In this document: positions 39,636-50,980 of the stretch, piece after piece
How positions within the stretch are numbered: the stretch's first letter is position 1
Layout: the number at the start of each line of letters is the position of its first letter
Assembly: GCA_964016885.1 (NCBI GenBank)
Contig: OZ024756.1
Span: 2,914,001 to 2,978,000 of the forward strand
Direction of reading: 5' to 3'
Length of the DNA stretch: 64,000 nucleotides
Source: Eledone cirrhosa
Lineage: Eukaryota
Notes under the pieces: model-generated
Databases searched by the model: none
The model's input: only the letters and a program-made list of their open reading frames with translations
What the model was told of the DNA's origin: nothing
Position numbers and translations under genes: made by a program

Positions 39636-40961
39636 GTAAGTTTCTTTTTACAAAATGAAAAATAACCGAGGTGTCCTACACGAGTGAAAATATAAAGAAA
39701 AAAAGGTGAAATCGAAAATGCAACTGGAGTCTTATTTAAAAAAAATATATATTTATTTGGTTCCTTTACCGGTTTCGCAGTTCTTCTGCTTTTCAAAAGT
39801 AAAGTTATATCAAAAGTAGGTTTATATCAATGATATTAATAAATGGAAACTATATTTATAAAATCATATTTATTCTATTATATATATTTCAAGGGTACCA
39901 AAACTTTGGTACGCACTCATCAGATAAAATACAAAGGTTGTTTTATAAATAGTGACATATCCAGGAATGAGACTTTCACGGTTCAAGTTTTACCTGAATC
40001 AGTTACAAATAAATATATTGGTTGAATTTCTAACAAATTAAATATGCCTTTGCTTATATATATAATATATAGTAGTTTTATATATATTGTAGTTTTTCTA
40101 AATTGAAGGATGAGTATTTTAAACTTTATTTTATTCTGAGTTAAGGCTCTATTGATTTTTCCCTGGATTTCACCAAATTCTGTGGATGAATCTATATCCT
40201 GATTCTTTTTGAATTGAGTTTTAATTATTTTCCCACATCTTACGTTAACTATTTTTCCATTTTGACGCTATAGTCACTTATATAGTCACTTATATCACTG
40301 TTAGCTTCTTGCTACAATAATCTCTATACTTTTCATTTATATATAATATGTATGTATATATATATTTGTGTGTGTGTGTGTTGGTGTATCTTAATTCGAA
40401 GCTGCTTCGCTGTGAGCTCGAACCCGCTCCCTTATGATTTAGAAGAGGATATCTTAACCCCCCTACCCAGCCATATGTGATCCACTAAACAACATCAACA
40501 ACAACAATAAAATCTACGTAATTGACAATTTAACCACATTAAGTACGTGGGAGACATAAATATTTAGCCTCATATATATGTGTGAGTGTGTGTGTGTTTT
40601 TGAAAGTTTGTGTTTGTACGTGTGTGTGTGTGATTGTTTAAGTGTGTCTGTGTGTATGTTTGTATGTGTGATGTCCCTGTCTACTTCTGTCTCTCTCTCA
40701 CACACACACATACTCACACACACACACACATACATACATATATATATATATATGCGTGTGTATGTGTGTGTGAACATGTGCTTTTCACACACACACACAC
40801 ATGCTCACTAACACCTCTCCTCGATTTTCTCTTCACTTTACTCTCTCCCTCACTCTCTCCTTCCCTCACTCTCTCTCTCTCTCTCTTTGTCTTTCTCTCC
40901 ACTTCCTCCTTCATTGTTCCCCACTCACTCTCTTTCTCTACACTTCCTCCTTCATTAATCT

Positions 40962-41056
<95 letters not shown>

Positions 41057-41261
41057 TCTCTATTATTCTTCCTCTCACTACACCCATCTGTTGCCACCAC
41101 TTCAGTGTTTGACACGGCCTGCCAATCCTTGTCTCTCTGTCAAACCAGCTCACAGAGACGCTGATTGCCGCTCATGTCATCGCTCTCCACCATTTTGTTC
41201 TCTCTCTAATGGAGATAATTCTCCTGATTAGCCTCGTTGACACAGGGAATTTCCCCTCACC

Positions 41262-41331
41262 TATATATATATATATTTATATTATATATATATATAATAT
41301 ATATATAAAATATATATATATATATTTATAT

Positions 41332-41365
<34 letters not shown>

Positions 41366-41370
41366 ATATT

Positions 41371-41451
<81 letters not shown>

Positions 41452-41530
41452 AAATTTATATATATATATATATTATATATATATATATATATTTTATATA
41501 TATATTATATATATATATAATATATATATA

Positions 41531-41571
<41 letters not shown>

Positions 41572-41656
41572 ATATATATATATATATATAAATAAATATA
41601 TATATATATATATAAATAAATATATATATATATATAAATAAATATATATATATATA

Positions 41657-41705
<49 letters not shown>

Positions 41706-41731
41706 TATATAATATATATATATATATATAC

Positions 41732-41763
<32 letters not shown>

Positions 41764-41780
41764 CACATATATATATATAA
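41262..41780. repeat. (TA)n microsatellite
   Basis: Direct inspection. Confidence 0.97.
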
Positions 41781-41782
41781 TA

Positions 41783-41985
41783 ATTTCTGATTTAGGCACA
41801 AGGCCAGCAATTTTCGACGAGGGTAAACTGATTAAATCGGCCCCAGTACGTTACTGGTACTTTAGTTTATCGATCCCGTAAGGATGAAATTCAAAGCTAA
41901 CCTCGGCGGGATTTGAACTCAGTACGTAAAGAACCGTAACTATATGCCACAGAACATCTTGTCTGACACTCGACCGGTTATTGCC
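41783..41985 (-). mobile_element. tRNA-derived SINE copy
   Basis: Same family motifs. Confidence 0.85.
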
Positions 41986-42142
41986 GACCCTACGCCTTTT
42001 ATAATGGTTTCCATCATCAAGAATTCGTTAGGTAAAGTTACCAACTTGTGTATCTCTGATGAGGACATTTGCTCGAAACGTCCGTATTTATTTTTCTTTT
42101 GCCATTGCATTTCGACAAGCACGGTAACCATCACCACCATCA

Positions 42143-42285
42143 TGAGAGAGAGAGAGACGTGAAAGAAAGATATGTAGAGAGAGAGGCGTGAAAGTGAGAG
42201 AGAATGAGAGAGAGAGAGAGGCGTGAGAGTGAGAGAGGGAGACAGTGTAGAGAGAAGGAAAGAGACGAGAGAGGGTGTTGAGAAT

Positions 42286-42336
<51 letters not shown>

Positions 42337-43410
42337 GTGAGAGTGAGAGAGACGCCTGAAAGACAGCGAGAGATGTGAGAGTGAGAGAGAGAGAGACTTG
42401 AGAGAAAGATATGAAGAGAGAGAGGCGTGAGAGTGAGAGAGACTTGAGAGGAAGATATGAAGAGAGAGAGACGTGAGAGTGAGAGAGAGAGAGACTTGAG
42501 AGAAAGATATGAAGAGAGAGAGACGTGTGATAGTGAGAGAGAGAGACTTGAGAGAAAGATATGAAGAGAGAGAGACGTGAGAGTGAGAGAGAGAGAGAGA
42601 CTTGAGAGAAAGATATGAAGAGAGAGAGACGTGAGAGTGAGAGAGAGAGACTTGAGAGAAAGATATGCAGAGAGATAGACGTAAGAGTGAGAGAGAGAGA
42701 CTTGAGAGAAAGATATGAAGAGAGAGAGACGTGAGAGAAAGATATGAAGATAGAGAGAGACGTGAGTGTGAGAGAGAGAGACTTGAGAGAAAGATATGAA
42801 GAGAGAGAGACGTGAGAGTGAGAGAGAGAGAGACTTGAGAGAAAGATATGAAGAGAGAGATAGACTTGAGAGAAAGATATGAAGAGAGAGACGTGAGAGT
42901 GAGAGAGAGAGACTTGAGAGAAAGATATGAAGAGAGAGAGACGTGTGAGAGTGAGAGAGAGAGACTTTAGAGAAAGATATGAAGAGAGAGACGTGAGAGT
43001 GAGAGAGAGAGACTTGAGAGAAAGATATCAAGAGAGAGAGACGTGAGAATGAGAGACTTTAGGGAAAGATATGAAGAGGGAGTGATGTGAGAGTGAGAGA
43101 GAGACGTGTGAGAGAGAGAGACAGATGTGAGAGAGAGACAGAGAGTAGAGAGAAGGAAAGTGTCGAAAGAGTGTGTTGAGAAAGGGTGAGAGAGAATAAA
43201 GGAAGAGAGGGATGAAAGAGGAGAGAAGAAGTGAGAGGGGGAGTCGGAGAGAGTAGATGGGAGAATAAAGAGAGACGACAGAGAGGGAGCTGAGAGGGGG
43301 AGTGATGAAAGCAAGAGAGAAGGAGGAGTAATAGGGAAAGGGAGAGGAGAGAGGGAGAGCAAGGAAAGCGTGAGAGAGATGAAAAGCGACAGACAGACAG
43401 TGAGAGAGAG

Positions 43411-43479
<69 letters not shown>

Positions 43480-43574
43480 GAGAGGGACAGACATACAGAG
43501 AGACAGGCAGACAGAGAGACATATATATATATATAGAGAGAGAGACAGACAGAGAGACAGATAGAGAGAGAGAG

Positions 43575-43611
<37 letters not shown>

Positions 43612-43671
43612 TACAGACAGGCAGACAGAGAGACTGACAAACAGACAGAGTGACTGACAGACAGACAGACA
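42143..43671. repeat. (GA)-rich tract with a ~50-bp unit (gacttgagagaaagatatgaagagagagacgtgagagtgaga), grading into (GACA)n
   Basis: About 14 copies of gagaaagatatgaaga within 42390-43080. Confidence 0.92.
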
Positions 43672-43895
43672 AATTTCTGTTTATTTGCCACTAGGGCACA
43701 AAAGAAAGGGACATGTACATGGGTGGGGGGAGTTTACATAAAAATCGAGTAAGAAAAATATAACAAACAAAATAATAACAAGAAGGTCCTCAATAGGGAG
43801 GGATCGTTTTGGGGTCACACACACCCCCGAAAAAAAGTGTGCGACCCTTCTCCACGGGAGCACAAAGAGAGGGTGCTCCCTTCTTTCTGTTCCAC

Positions 43896-46800
43896 CTACA
43901 GGCTGAGGTAGAGAGAAGGCCCATTCACACGGGCCATTCTCGCAACTTTCACCCACCTTTCATAAAACTGGCTGGAGTGGAGCACCTCTCTCTCCATCCT
44001 GATCCTTCTTCCGAAATGGTATCGGAAGAAAAGGACCAGTTGTTGGCCGGAGAGAAAGGTGTCCGACCTCAGCCCTTTCAGACGCGTCCACCATATAGCC
44101 TCTTTTACCATGGCTATTACACAGAGGAAGACCGCCTCTCCTTCATTTTTGAAGGGGGGAGGCGGCTTGATCGTTACAATGGACTCGGTGGTCAACCTAA
44201 TTGGTCCCACCCGTGACAGCAGTCGTTCGACATAGCCCCACAGATCGGCAACGCCCGGGAAGTGCACCAATGCGTGCGCGACGGTTTCCTCGTCGCGCAC
44301 GCATCTGGGACAGATCTTTTTCGAGGGGTCCCTACCCGGGCGCCCGTGTCTGTAGAGCTTATCCCGAATGGGCAGAGCACCTCGGTAGCACTGCCAGGCC
44401 AAGGACTTCTGGAAGTTGTCCATAGGTCCCGGGCCGAAAGTCCTACCGAATAGGCTGGCCAGTTCGTCCTCCTCCATGCCTAGGGTTTCTCCGAGGGCGT
44501 CGTCGCACCCGCTAACCACCAGCCCTCTATAGAATGACGAGGTGGAGTCTCCGTCGATAGCCGGGTCCGCCTTCCAGAGAGCCGTGAGCGCCTGGGCACA
44601 CTCGGTGTGCCAGTCGCCCAGTTTTCTCGGTCTTTGCTTCACCCAGGACTGCAGCTCGGTGAGCGAGACGAGCCTCGGGAAGGCTCGCCTCACAAACGGG
44701 GCCCACACCGGTTGACCGGTGAGGAATACGTGGAGGTGCCTTAGCCTCAATGCGTGTTTACGCATTTTTAGCCACGGCATCCCCAGCCCTCCTTTCAAAG
44801 GGTTTTGACAGCAGATGGATCTCCTCACCAGAGGAGACCTCTTCTTCCAAAGGAAATAAAAGAGGGCGCGCTCCATTTTGGCGAGGATCTCACCCGGGCA
44901 AGGCACGACAGTCAAGCGGTAATAGATGACGGACGCTATGTAAGCATTCGCCACCTCCGCCCGACCTTTTAGGGATAGTTTGCACTCGGCCCACTTCTGG
45001 GTCAGTGCAAACACCCTATTCGTCACCTCACCCCAGTTTTTCTCCACCTGGAGGTCCGGTCCGAACCAGACCCCAAGCAACTTCACCGGGCCCTCCGTCC
45101 ACCGTCCGACGATACCGTCGCACGACATCGCTTTGCCCCTCCACTCGTCGAGTTGCAAAGCGACTGACTTGTCCCGGTTCAGCTTAGCCCCTGTCAACCT
45201 TTCGTACTCCTCTAGTAAGGTGCCGATTGCCTCGATTTCCGAGGCGGTCGACACCATTACTGTTACGTCATCGGCGTAGGCCGACACCGCTTTGCGCAAT
45301 CCCGGTTCCAAAGGGATGCCCTGCAACAACTCCAACTTCCGCAGTAATGGCTCGAGAGTCAACACATACAGAAGGGAGGAGAGAGGGCACCCCTGTCGGA
45401 TGGAGCGGGTGATTTCGAACGGCTCCGAAAGGCAGCCGTTCACCTTGACTCTAGAGCAGATGCGGCTGCTGTGCATGGCAGTGATCCAGCCCCTGAAAAC
45501 AGGTCCGAACCCAGCCGCCGCTAGCACCGCATCCAGGTAACCATGGTCCACTCTATCGAACGCTTTAGACTGATCTAAATTTATCAGGGCCCCACCAAAG
45601 CCGGGTTCGTTCCCAACCCTCTCTATGATGTATCGCATGAGGTGGAGGTTGTCGTGGATGGACCTGGACGGGATAGCGCATGTCTGCGCATCTCCCACCA
45701 GGCCCCCCACGACAAGCGCCAACCTCTTCGCTAACACCTGCGCCAAAATCTTTAACTCTGCATTTAGCAGAGTTATGGGCCTAAAATTACTAATGTCATC
45801 CCCCTTGTTTTCGTCCTTCCTCACTAGCGAGACTACGCCCTTGGTCACAGAACAGGGAATTCTCCCGTTCTGTTGCCAGTTGCAGTAGACCGCCTCGAGG
45901 AGATCGGGGAACAAGTCCGGCATATTAATATATAGTTCGTAGGGCAGACCATCGAGTCCTGGAGATTTGCGTTTGCCGCATAGGCTCAGCACGTCCCCTA
46001 TTTCAGCAGCTGAGATCGGCCCGTCGCAGGACCTCGCCTCCCTGTCCGAAAGACGCGGCAGGCCGTCGAGGTATGGACCGAAATCCACATCTCCAACCGG
46101 CTCCCCGCCCCTCCCGAACAATTGGGCAAAGTGCCTTTGAAAGGCCTCGCACATTTGCTTAGGTTCAAGGATCAGCCGTCCATCCTGGTCTCGCAAAGAC
46201 CGGATAGTGGATTTAATCCCACTTTTCGCTTCTGTCACGCGGGCCCAGCTAACAGCTTTGGTCCCCTCGTTTCCCAGAGCACGTATTTTGCTTCGGACAA
46301 CGCAGCCTTCGTGTTTCGCGTCGAAGAACTGGTTCAAGACCGTTCTCGACGCTTGCACTCTGGCCACGTTGCCGCTTCTCATTGCCTCTTCAACATTAAC
46401 TACCAACTCCCTTTCCTTCCCATTTCTATCTGAGGCTAACTCCTTACTAACTCCTATTGAAACTACTATAATCTCTCTTTTTAGAGAGCCCCACCACCTG
46501 TTGTTGACGATGGCGCCCGTCAACTGCTCCTTAACTAAGGTTCTAATCCGGTCCCTGTAAGCTCTACTTGCCGGTAAGGACAAGTTGAGCTTCCAGTAAC
46601 CGGGCCCCTGCCTATGCGTTCTATCAAGGTGGACTACGCAGGTCACTAACTTGTGGTCTGAATAGCCCACCATGAGCATTTCTGGACAACTTAAAAAGTC
46701 CCTATCCTTAATTCTAACTAAGAACCTATCTAGGTACGATCTAGATTGACCACTGTTATTTGACCAGGTCCAGGTTGGTACAGTCGGAAAATCTAGTCGG

Positions 46801-47333
46801 TATCTATCGGCCAGGTCGAATCGGCCGATTAACCCCTTAAGGCTGTTACACCCCCCTCTATCGGGACATGCCCCTACATAGTCCCAACGTGCATCTAGGA
46901 TACCATTCCAGTCCCCCACTAAAAGCAAGGAGCGGGGCGTCCCTAGAAAAGTCTCCAGACGATGGAAGAAGTCCGACCGCATTGCCCCAAAAGGGGCGTA
47001 TACGGCGACAAGCCTAAAAGCTTCGCCTTCGCCATTGCCAAGGTCCAGAACCACGAGTCGACCCTCCGGGTCCAAGTGTACCGTCTGTGTAGCGAGACCC
47101 AGATGTTTTTGCAGCAGAACGACAACCCCACCCCCACCTCCAGGCTGACAGAGAGATGCGTGCATCTCAAAGTCATCAAAGGTGGGGCTTAGCTGTCGCA
47201 TGCTGCTGATCCGGGCCTCGCAAATAACCATCACATTTACACATTGTGACCTGAGGTCACTTAGAAGTTTAGCTTGCTTCCAAGGTGAGCCCAGGCCACG
47301 CGCATTTAGACAACCTACTCTTAAGACAGCCAT
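43896..47333 (-). CDS. LINE ORF2: APE endonuclease + reverse transcriptase + C-terminal zinc-finger region (1145 aa)
   Basis: CLNARGL, GDWNG, SYLDRF, SDHK; PGLDG, FRPITLLN, DQSKAFD, RQGCPLS, AYADD, LLGV; CPRC..ETVAHALVHF. Confidence 0.97.
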   Translation of the reverse strand: MAVLRVGCLNARGLGSPWKQAKLLSDLRSQCVNVMVICEARISSMRQLSPTFDDFEMHASLCQPGGGGGVVVLLQKHLGLATQTVHLDPEGRLVVLDLGNGEGEAFRLVAVYAPFGAMRSDFFHRLETFLGTPRSLLLVGDWNGILDARWDYVGACPDRGGCNSLKGLIGRFDLADRYRLDFPTVPTWTWSNNSGQSRSYLDRFLVRIKDRDFLSCPEMLMVGYSDHKLVTCVVHLDRTHRQGPGYWKLNLSLPASRAYRDRIRTLVKEQLTGAIVNNRWWGSLKREIIVVSIGVSKELASDRNGKERELVVNVEEAMRSGNVARVQASRTVLNQFFDAKHEGCVVRSKIRALGNEGTKAVSWARVTEAKSGIKSTIRSLRDQDGRLILEPKQMCEAFQRHFAQLFGRGGEPVGDVDFGPYLDGLPRLSDREARSCDGPISAAEIGDVLSLCGKRKSPGLDGLPYELYINMPDLFPDLLEAVYCNWQQNGRIPCSVTKGVVSLVRKDENKGDDISNFRPITLLNAELKILAQVLAKRLALVVGGLVGDAQTCAIPSRSIHDNLHLMRYIIERVGNEPGFGGALINLDQSKAFDRVDHGYLDAVLAAAGFGPVFRGWITAMHSSRICSRVKVNGCLSEPFEITRSIRQGCPLSSLLYVLTLEPLLRKLELLQGIPLEPGLRKAVSAYADDVTVMVSTASEIEAIGTLLEEYERLTGAKLNRDKSVALQLDEWRGKAMSCDGIVGRWTEGPVKLLGVWFGPDLQVEKNWGEVTNRVFALTQKWAECKLSLKGRAEVANAYIASVIYYRLTVVPCPGEILAKMERALFYFLWKKRSPLVRRSICCQNPLKGGLGMPWLKMRKHALRLRHLHVFLTGQPVWAPFVRRAFPRLVSLTELQSWVKQRPRKLGDWHTECAQALTALWKADPAIDGDSTSSFYRGLVVSGCDDALGETLGMEEDELASLFGRTFGPGPMDNFQKSLAWQCYRGALPIRDKLYRHGRPGRDPSKKICPRCVRDEETVAHALVHFPGVADLWGYVERLLSRVGPIRLTTESIVTIKPPPPFKNEGEAVFLCVIAMVKEAIWWTRLKGLRSDTFLSGQQLVLFFRYHFGRRIRMEREVLHSSQFYERWVKVARMARVNGPSLYLSL

Positions 47334-47356
47334 GTTGGTGGCAAAGAAAGAGGCAC

Positions 47357-49126
47357 TTACCTCTCTGCGTCCCGGGGTTCGGGTCGCTCAGTTTCCATGG
47401 GGCTGGTGGAGGGGTTGATGGGTGGGGTGGTGGTTTGTGGTGGTGTGGGGGTATTAGTGTGTGGAGGGGTTGGGATCTTTGGAGTTGTGTGGGTGTTTGA
47501 GGAGGGGAGGGGAAAGCCTTTCAGGAGGACGCGGTTGAGTGGCCTGGTGCAGGGTGGGCCCACGTCCTCAGGGTACATGTCTTTTAAAGTTTTGAAAATG
47601 TCAAGTGGGATTTTCACCATTTTCAGGTTAGGGAGCCCCATTGCCGTTACGAAATTCGGCCCTTCGGTTTGTATCGAAGGGTTGGTTTCTATTTTTAAAG
47701 TTAGGTTTTCATTGTTTTTGTTTATGTATGTGTAGAGTTTTTGTGTTGTTGTGTTTGTTTTTGCTTGTTGTTGTTGAGTGAGTTTGCGTTTTATTGTCTG
47801 TGTTGTGTTGTCAGGTGGGGTTATTTTTGTTGTTGTGGTGTGTGTACGTTTTTTTCTTTTCACTTTTTGGAAGGGAGCCCCCTCGTCTTCCGACGATATG
47901 AGCTCCTCTTCCGTATTGGAGGGGAGGGGTATATCTCCGGGTTGTGTATGAACTGTTTTTGTATTTGTGTTCTGTGGGGTGGGGCTGGGTGGGACCGTGT
48001 TTTGGGTTGTTTTCTTGAGCTGTTGTTGATGTTGTTGTTGTTGTTGTTGTGGTGGTGGTGGTGGTGGTGGTGGTGTTGTTGGTTTTTGTTGTTCTGGTGG
48101 AGATGGTAGTGTATTTTGTTGTTTTTGTGATGGTGGTGCTGGTTGTTTTTGTTGTTGTTGTGGTGTTTGTAGCAGTGGTTTTTTAGTTGTTAGTAGAGGG
48201 CAGGCCGTCCTCAGGTGACCTCTGCCAGCGCAGTGGTAACATGAGGGTCTCCTGCCTTCCACTGTGATATTTATGTAGGTTCGCCCATCCAGTAGCACTC
48301 GGTCGGGTATTCCGGAGATTCTCTCAGGTGTCATCTGTAAGAGAACCTCCGGACTTTTCCCGCCGAACAGTCCACTGGTGGACTCCCCTGCTGAAATTAG
48401 TATGTCCTTATCTAGGTCGGTAAATCCTGTTAGGACGGACCAGATGTTAATTTCTGGCGTAGGGCTCCACATTCTTATCCTTTGTGTTCTTCTTCCTTTA
48501 TATGTGGGGAAGAAGGTGTATTGTGGTGACACTATGGGTGCCACCGAATATTTCTGAGCCAGCATTTCGTCCTTCATTCGGACCATAATGCTGGCATACA
48601 GCTTTCCTCTTTGAATAAAGAGTATATCATTTTTAATTTCTTTAAGAACCAGCTCGATTTGACTTTCGGTCAATTGCGCTGGCTTTCTCGTTTCGTTGGT
48701 TATGGTTCTGAAGCTTACGGTATTCTTGTAAATCTGTTGACGTACTTCTTCTGGGGAGTTGATCGTAAAAGAACCATCCTCCCCAAAAGATACGTATTTT
48801 CTAGCCTCTAGCAAATTTTCCTTGGCGTTCGTGATGTCAATGGCTTTGTATTCCGTGGCTCTCCTGAGTGTTTGGGCAAAAGAAATTTTGTCTTTGTTTG
48901 TTGTTGTAATGTTGTTGGTTTCCTTATTTGTGGTGTTATTTTTTTCTTGAAAATTAATTTTTTCATTTGAATTGAAATTCTTTTTTTCATTGGAGAGGAG
49001 GGGTTGTTCAACAGTTTGAACTGTTGTTCCCTCTTTCCAGCTTGTTTTTTTGGTCGGCGTGGCGTTCGCTTCCAGTATGGCGATATCGTTTTCGACGATA
49101 TCGTTATCAACGATATCGATAAACAT
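47357..49126 (-). CDS. LINE ORF1: gag-like nucleic-acid-binding protein with a CCHC zinc knuckle (589 aa)
   Basis: CYHCAGRGHLRTAC (CX2CX4HX4C), P/Q/T-rich linker, basic KVKRKKR. Lies upstream of ORF2. Confidence 0.92.
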   Translation of the reverse strand: MFIDIVDNDIVENDIAILEANATPTKKTSWKEGTTVQTVEQPLLSNEKKNFNSNEKINFQEKNNTTNKETNNITTTNKDKISFAQTLRRATEYKAIDITNAKENLLEARKYVSFGEDGSFTINSPEEVRQQIYKNTVSFRTITNETRKPAQLTESQIELVLKEIKNDILFIQRGKLYASIMVRMKDEMLAQKYSVAPIVSPQYTFFPTYKGRRTQRIRMWSPTPEINIWSVLTGFTDLDKDILISAGESTSGLFGGKSPEVLLQMTPERISGIPDRVLLDGRTYINITVEGRRPSCYHCAGRGHLRTACPLLTTKKPLLQTPQQQQKQPAPPSQKQQNTLPSPPEQQKPTTPPPPPPPPQQQQQQHQQQLKKTTQNTVPPSPTPQNTNTKTVHTQPGDIPLPSNTEEELISSEDEGAPFQKVKRKKRTHTTTTKITPPDNTTQTIKRKLTQQQQAKTNTTTQKLYTYINKNNENLTLKIETNPSIQTEGPNFVTAMGLPNLKMVKIPLDIFKTLKDMYPEDVGPPCTRPLNRVLLKGFPLPSSNTHTTPKIPTPPHTNTPTPPQTTTPPINPSTSPMETERPEPRDAER

Positions 49127-49299
49127 TTCTCAAATATTTATTTTTCACCCCAAAAGGGGTGAAAATATATTTACCCGACGTCTAGAGTCCCAGACTAGAG
49201 GTTACAGTTAATTATACAAAAGAATTCAAAAAAATCCACTCACAAAATTAGCAGGTAAAAATCCAAATCACGGAGCGATACGAAACAAGTCTACTATCC

Positions 49300-49647
49300 A
49301 CAGACAGACAGACAGACAGACAAAAAGACAGACATACATACATACAAAGCTATATATTGGTAGTGTTTACGCATGAAAAGTATTTCGACATTACGTTATA
49401 CAGAGGGGGTCTTAGCTGCTAATTATGATTCAGTCAGACACACAGACATACAGACTGACAGACAGAGAGACTGACAGACAGACAGACAGACAGACAGACA
49501 GAGAGACTGACAGACAGACTGACAGACAGGCTGACAAACATATATACATATAACGCTATATATTGGTAGTGTTTACGCATGACAAGTATTTCGACATTAC
49601 GTTATACAGAGGAGGTCTGCTAATTATGAATCAGACAGACAGACAGA
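49300..49647. repeat. (GACA)n microsatellite with a duplicated ~85-bp insert (49350-49435, 49556-49635)
   Basis: tatatattggtagtgtttacgcatga.aagtatttcgacattacgttatacagagg occurs twice. Confidence 0.9.
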
Positions 49648-49861
49648 ACTGAGAGAATATGAGAGATTGTTATCAGAGAAACTATAGCTAACTCTGGCAA
49701 CAGATCTTACGTGTCTCTATGGAGGGCGGGGGTGGGGTGGGTGGGTGAGAGTGGGGGGAGAGGGGGTTCTGTGCGGGGCTGTGTCTGTGTGGTTCAGGAT
49801 GTCTGTGTGCGTGTGATTGTGACTGTGTGTGTTTGTGTATGATGTAGAGTGGGTTTCAGTA

Positions 49862-49902
<41 letters not shown>

Positions 49903-49904
<2 letters not shown>

Positions 49905-50009
49905 ATATAGAAGAGCTTCTACAGGACTAGAACTATTTCATTCGTGAGAAATCATCATGATTTCTCACGAATGAAACAGCTCTAGTCCTGTAGAGGCTCT
50001 TCTATATTA
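49903..50009. repeat. Inverted repeat, 53-bp arms, 1-nt loop, 3 mismatches
   Basis: Centre at 49956. Confidence 0.95.
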
Positions 50010-50080
50010 GAACATTTATACTCTGCTATGTATTGTGTACCTTACTTACTGTGGTTACCCCCGATTCAACCCGGAATAAC

Positions 50081-50135
<55 letters not shown>

Positions 50136-50141
50136 TGTATG

Positions 50142-50179
<38 letters not shown>

Positions 50180-50185
50180 TGTATG

Positions 50186-50486
<301 letters not shown>

Positions 50487-50980
50487 CGAAGGAATTGTGG
50501 TAAGGAACCAGATGGACAATAACGCACCAGAGTACTCAATACTCAGGGTAGTAGAGTTTCGACGGCTATTTCTAGTCTAGAAATAGCCGGCGAAACGGCT
50601 TGAGCTCTGCCGTCGGGGTCATACTTTTTCCTATATATATATATATATAACTGTTTCTACTTTAGGCACAAGGCCAGCAATTACCCAGTGCATTACTGGT
50701 ACTTTATTTTATCGACCCCGTAGGGATGAAAGGCAAAGTCAACCTCGGCGGGATTTGAACTCAGATCGTAAAGGGACATAACTATGCTGGAAAGCATGGC
50801 GTCCGACCCTCCACCGATACTGCCAATCCACCGCCATATATACATATAACGAATGAAGTGTGGTAAGGAACCAGGTGGTCCATAACGCACCAGAGTACTT
50901 AGGGTAGTAGAGTGGCTAATAGGAAAATCTTCAAGACCCCGACGGCAGAGCTCAAGCCGTTTAGACGGCTATTTCTGGAC
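50487..50980. repeat. Direct and inverted duplications of a hammerhead-bearing repeat, surrounding a SINE
   Basis: Direct repeats at ~50487-50557 and ~50850-50913. Hairpin at 50556-50596. 50576-50620 is inverted at ~50935-50980. Confidence 0.8.
50650..50835 (-). mobile_element. tRNA-derived SINE, near-complete copy
   Basis: Minus strand starts GGCGGTGGATTGGCAGTATCGG, with B-box GAGTTCAAATCC. Confidence 0.9.

Larger units (their letters stand above)
43672..49299 (-). mobile_element. Full-length L1/Tx1-type LINE (~5.6 kb)
   Basis: ~170-bp 5'UTR, ORF1, 23-bp spacer, ORF2, ~225-bp 3'UTR with AATAAA (43680-43685). (GACA)n on both sides. Confidence 0.95.

Noticed and set aside
50745-50835. tRNA gene
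   Set aside because: A/B boxes are present, but it is a multicopy SINE head with no cloverleaf.
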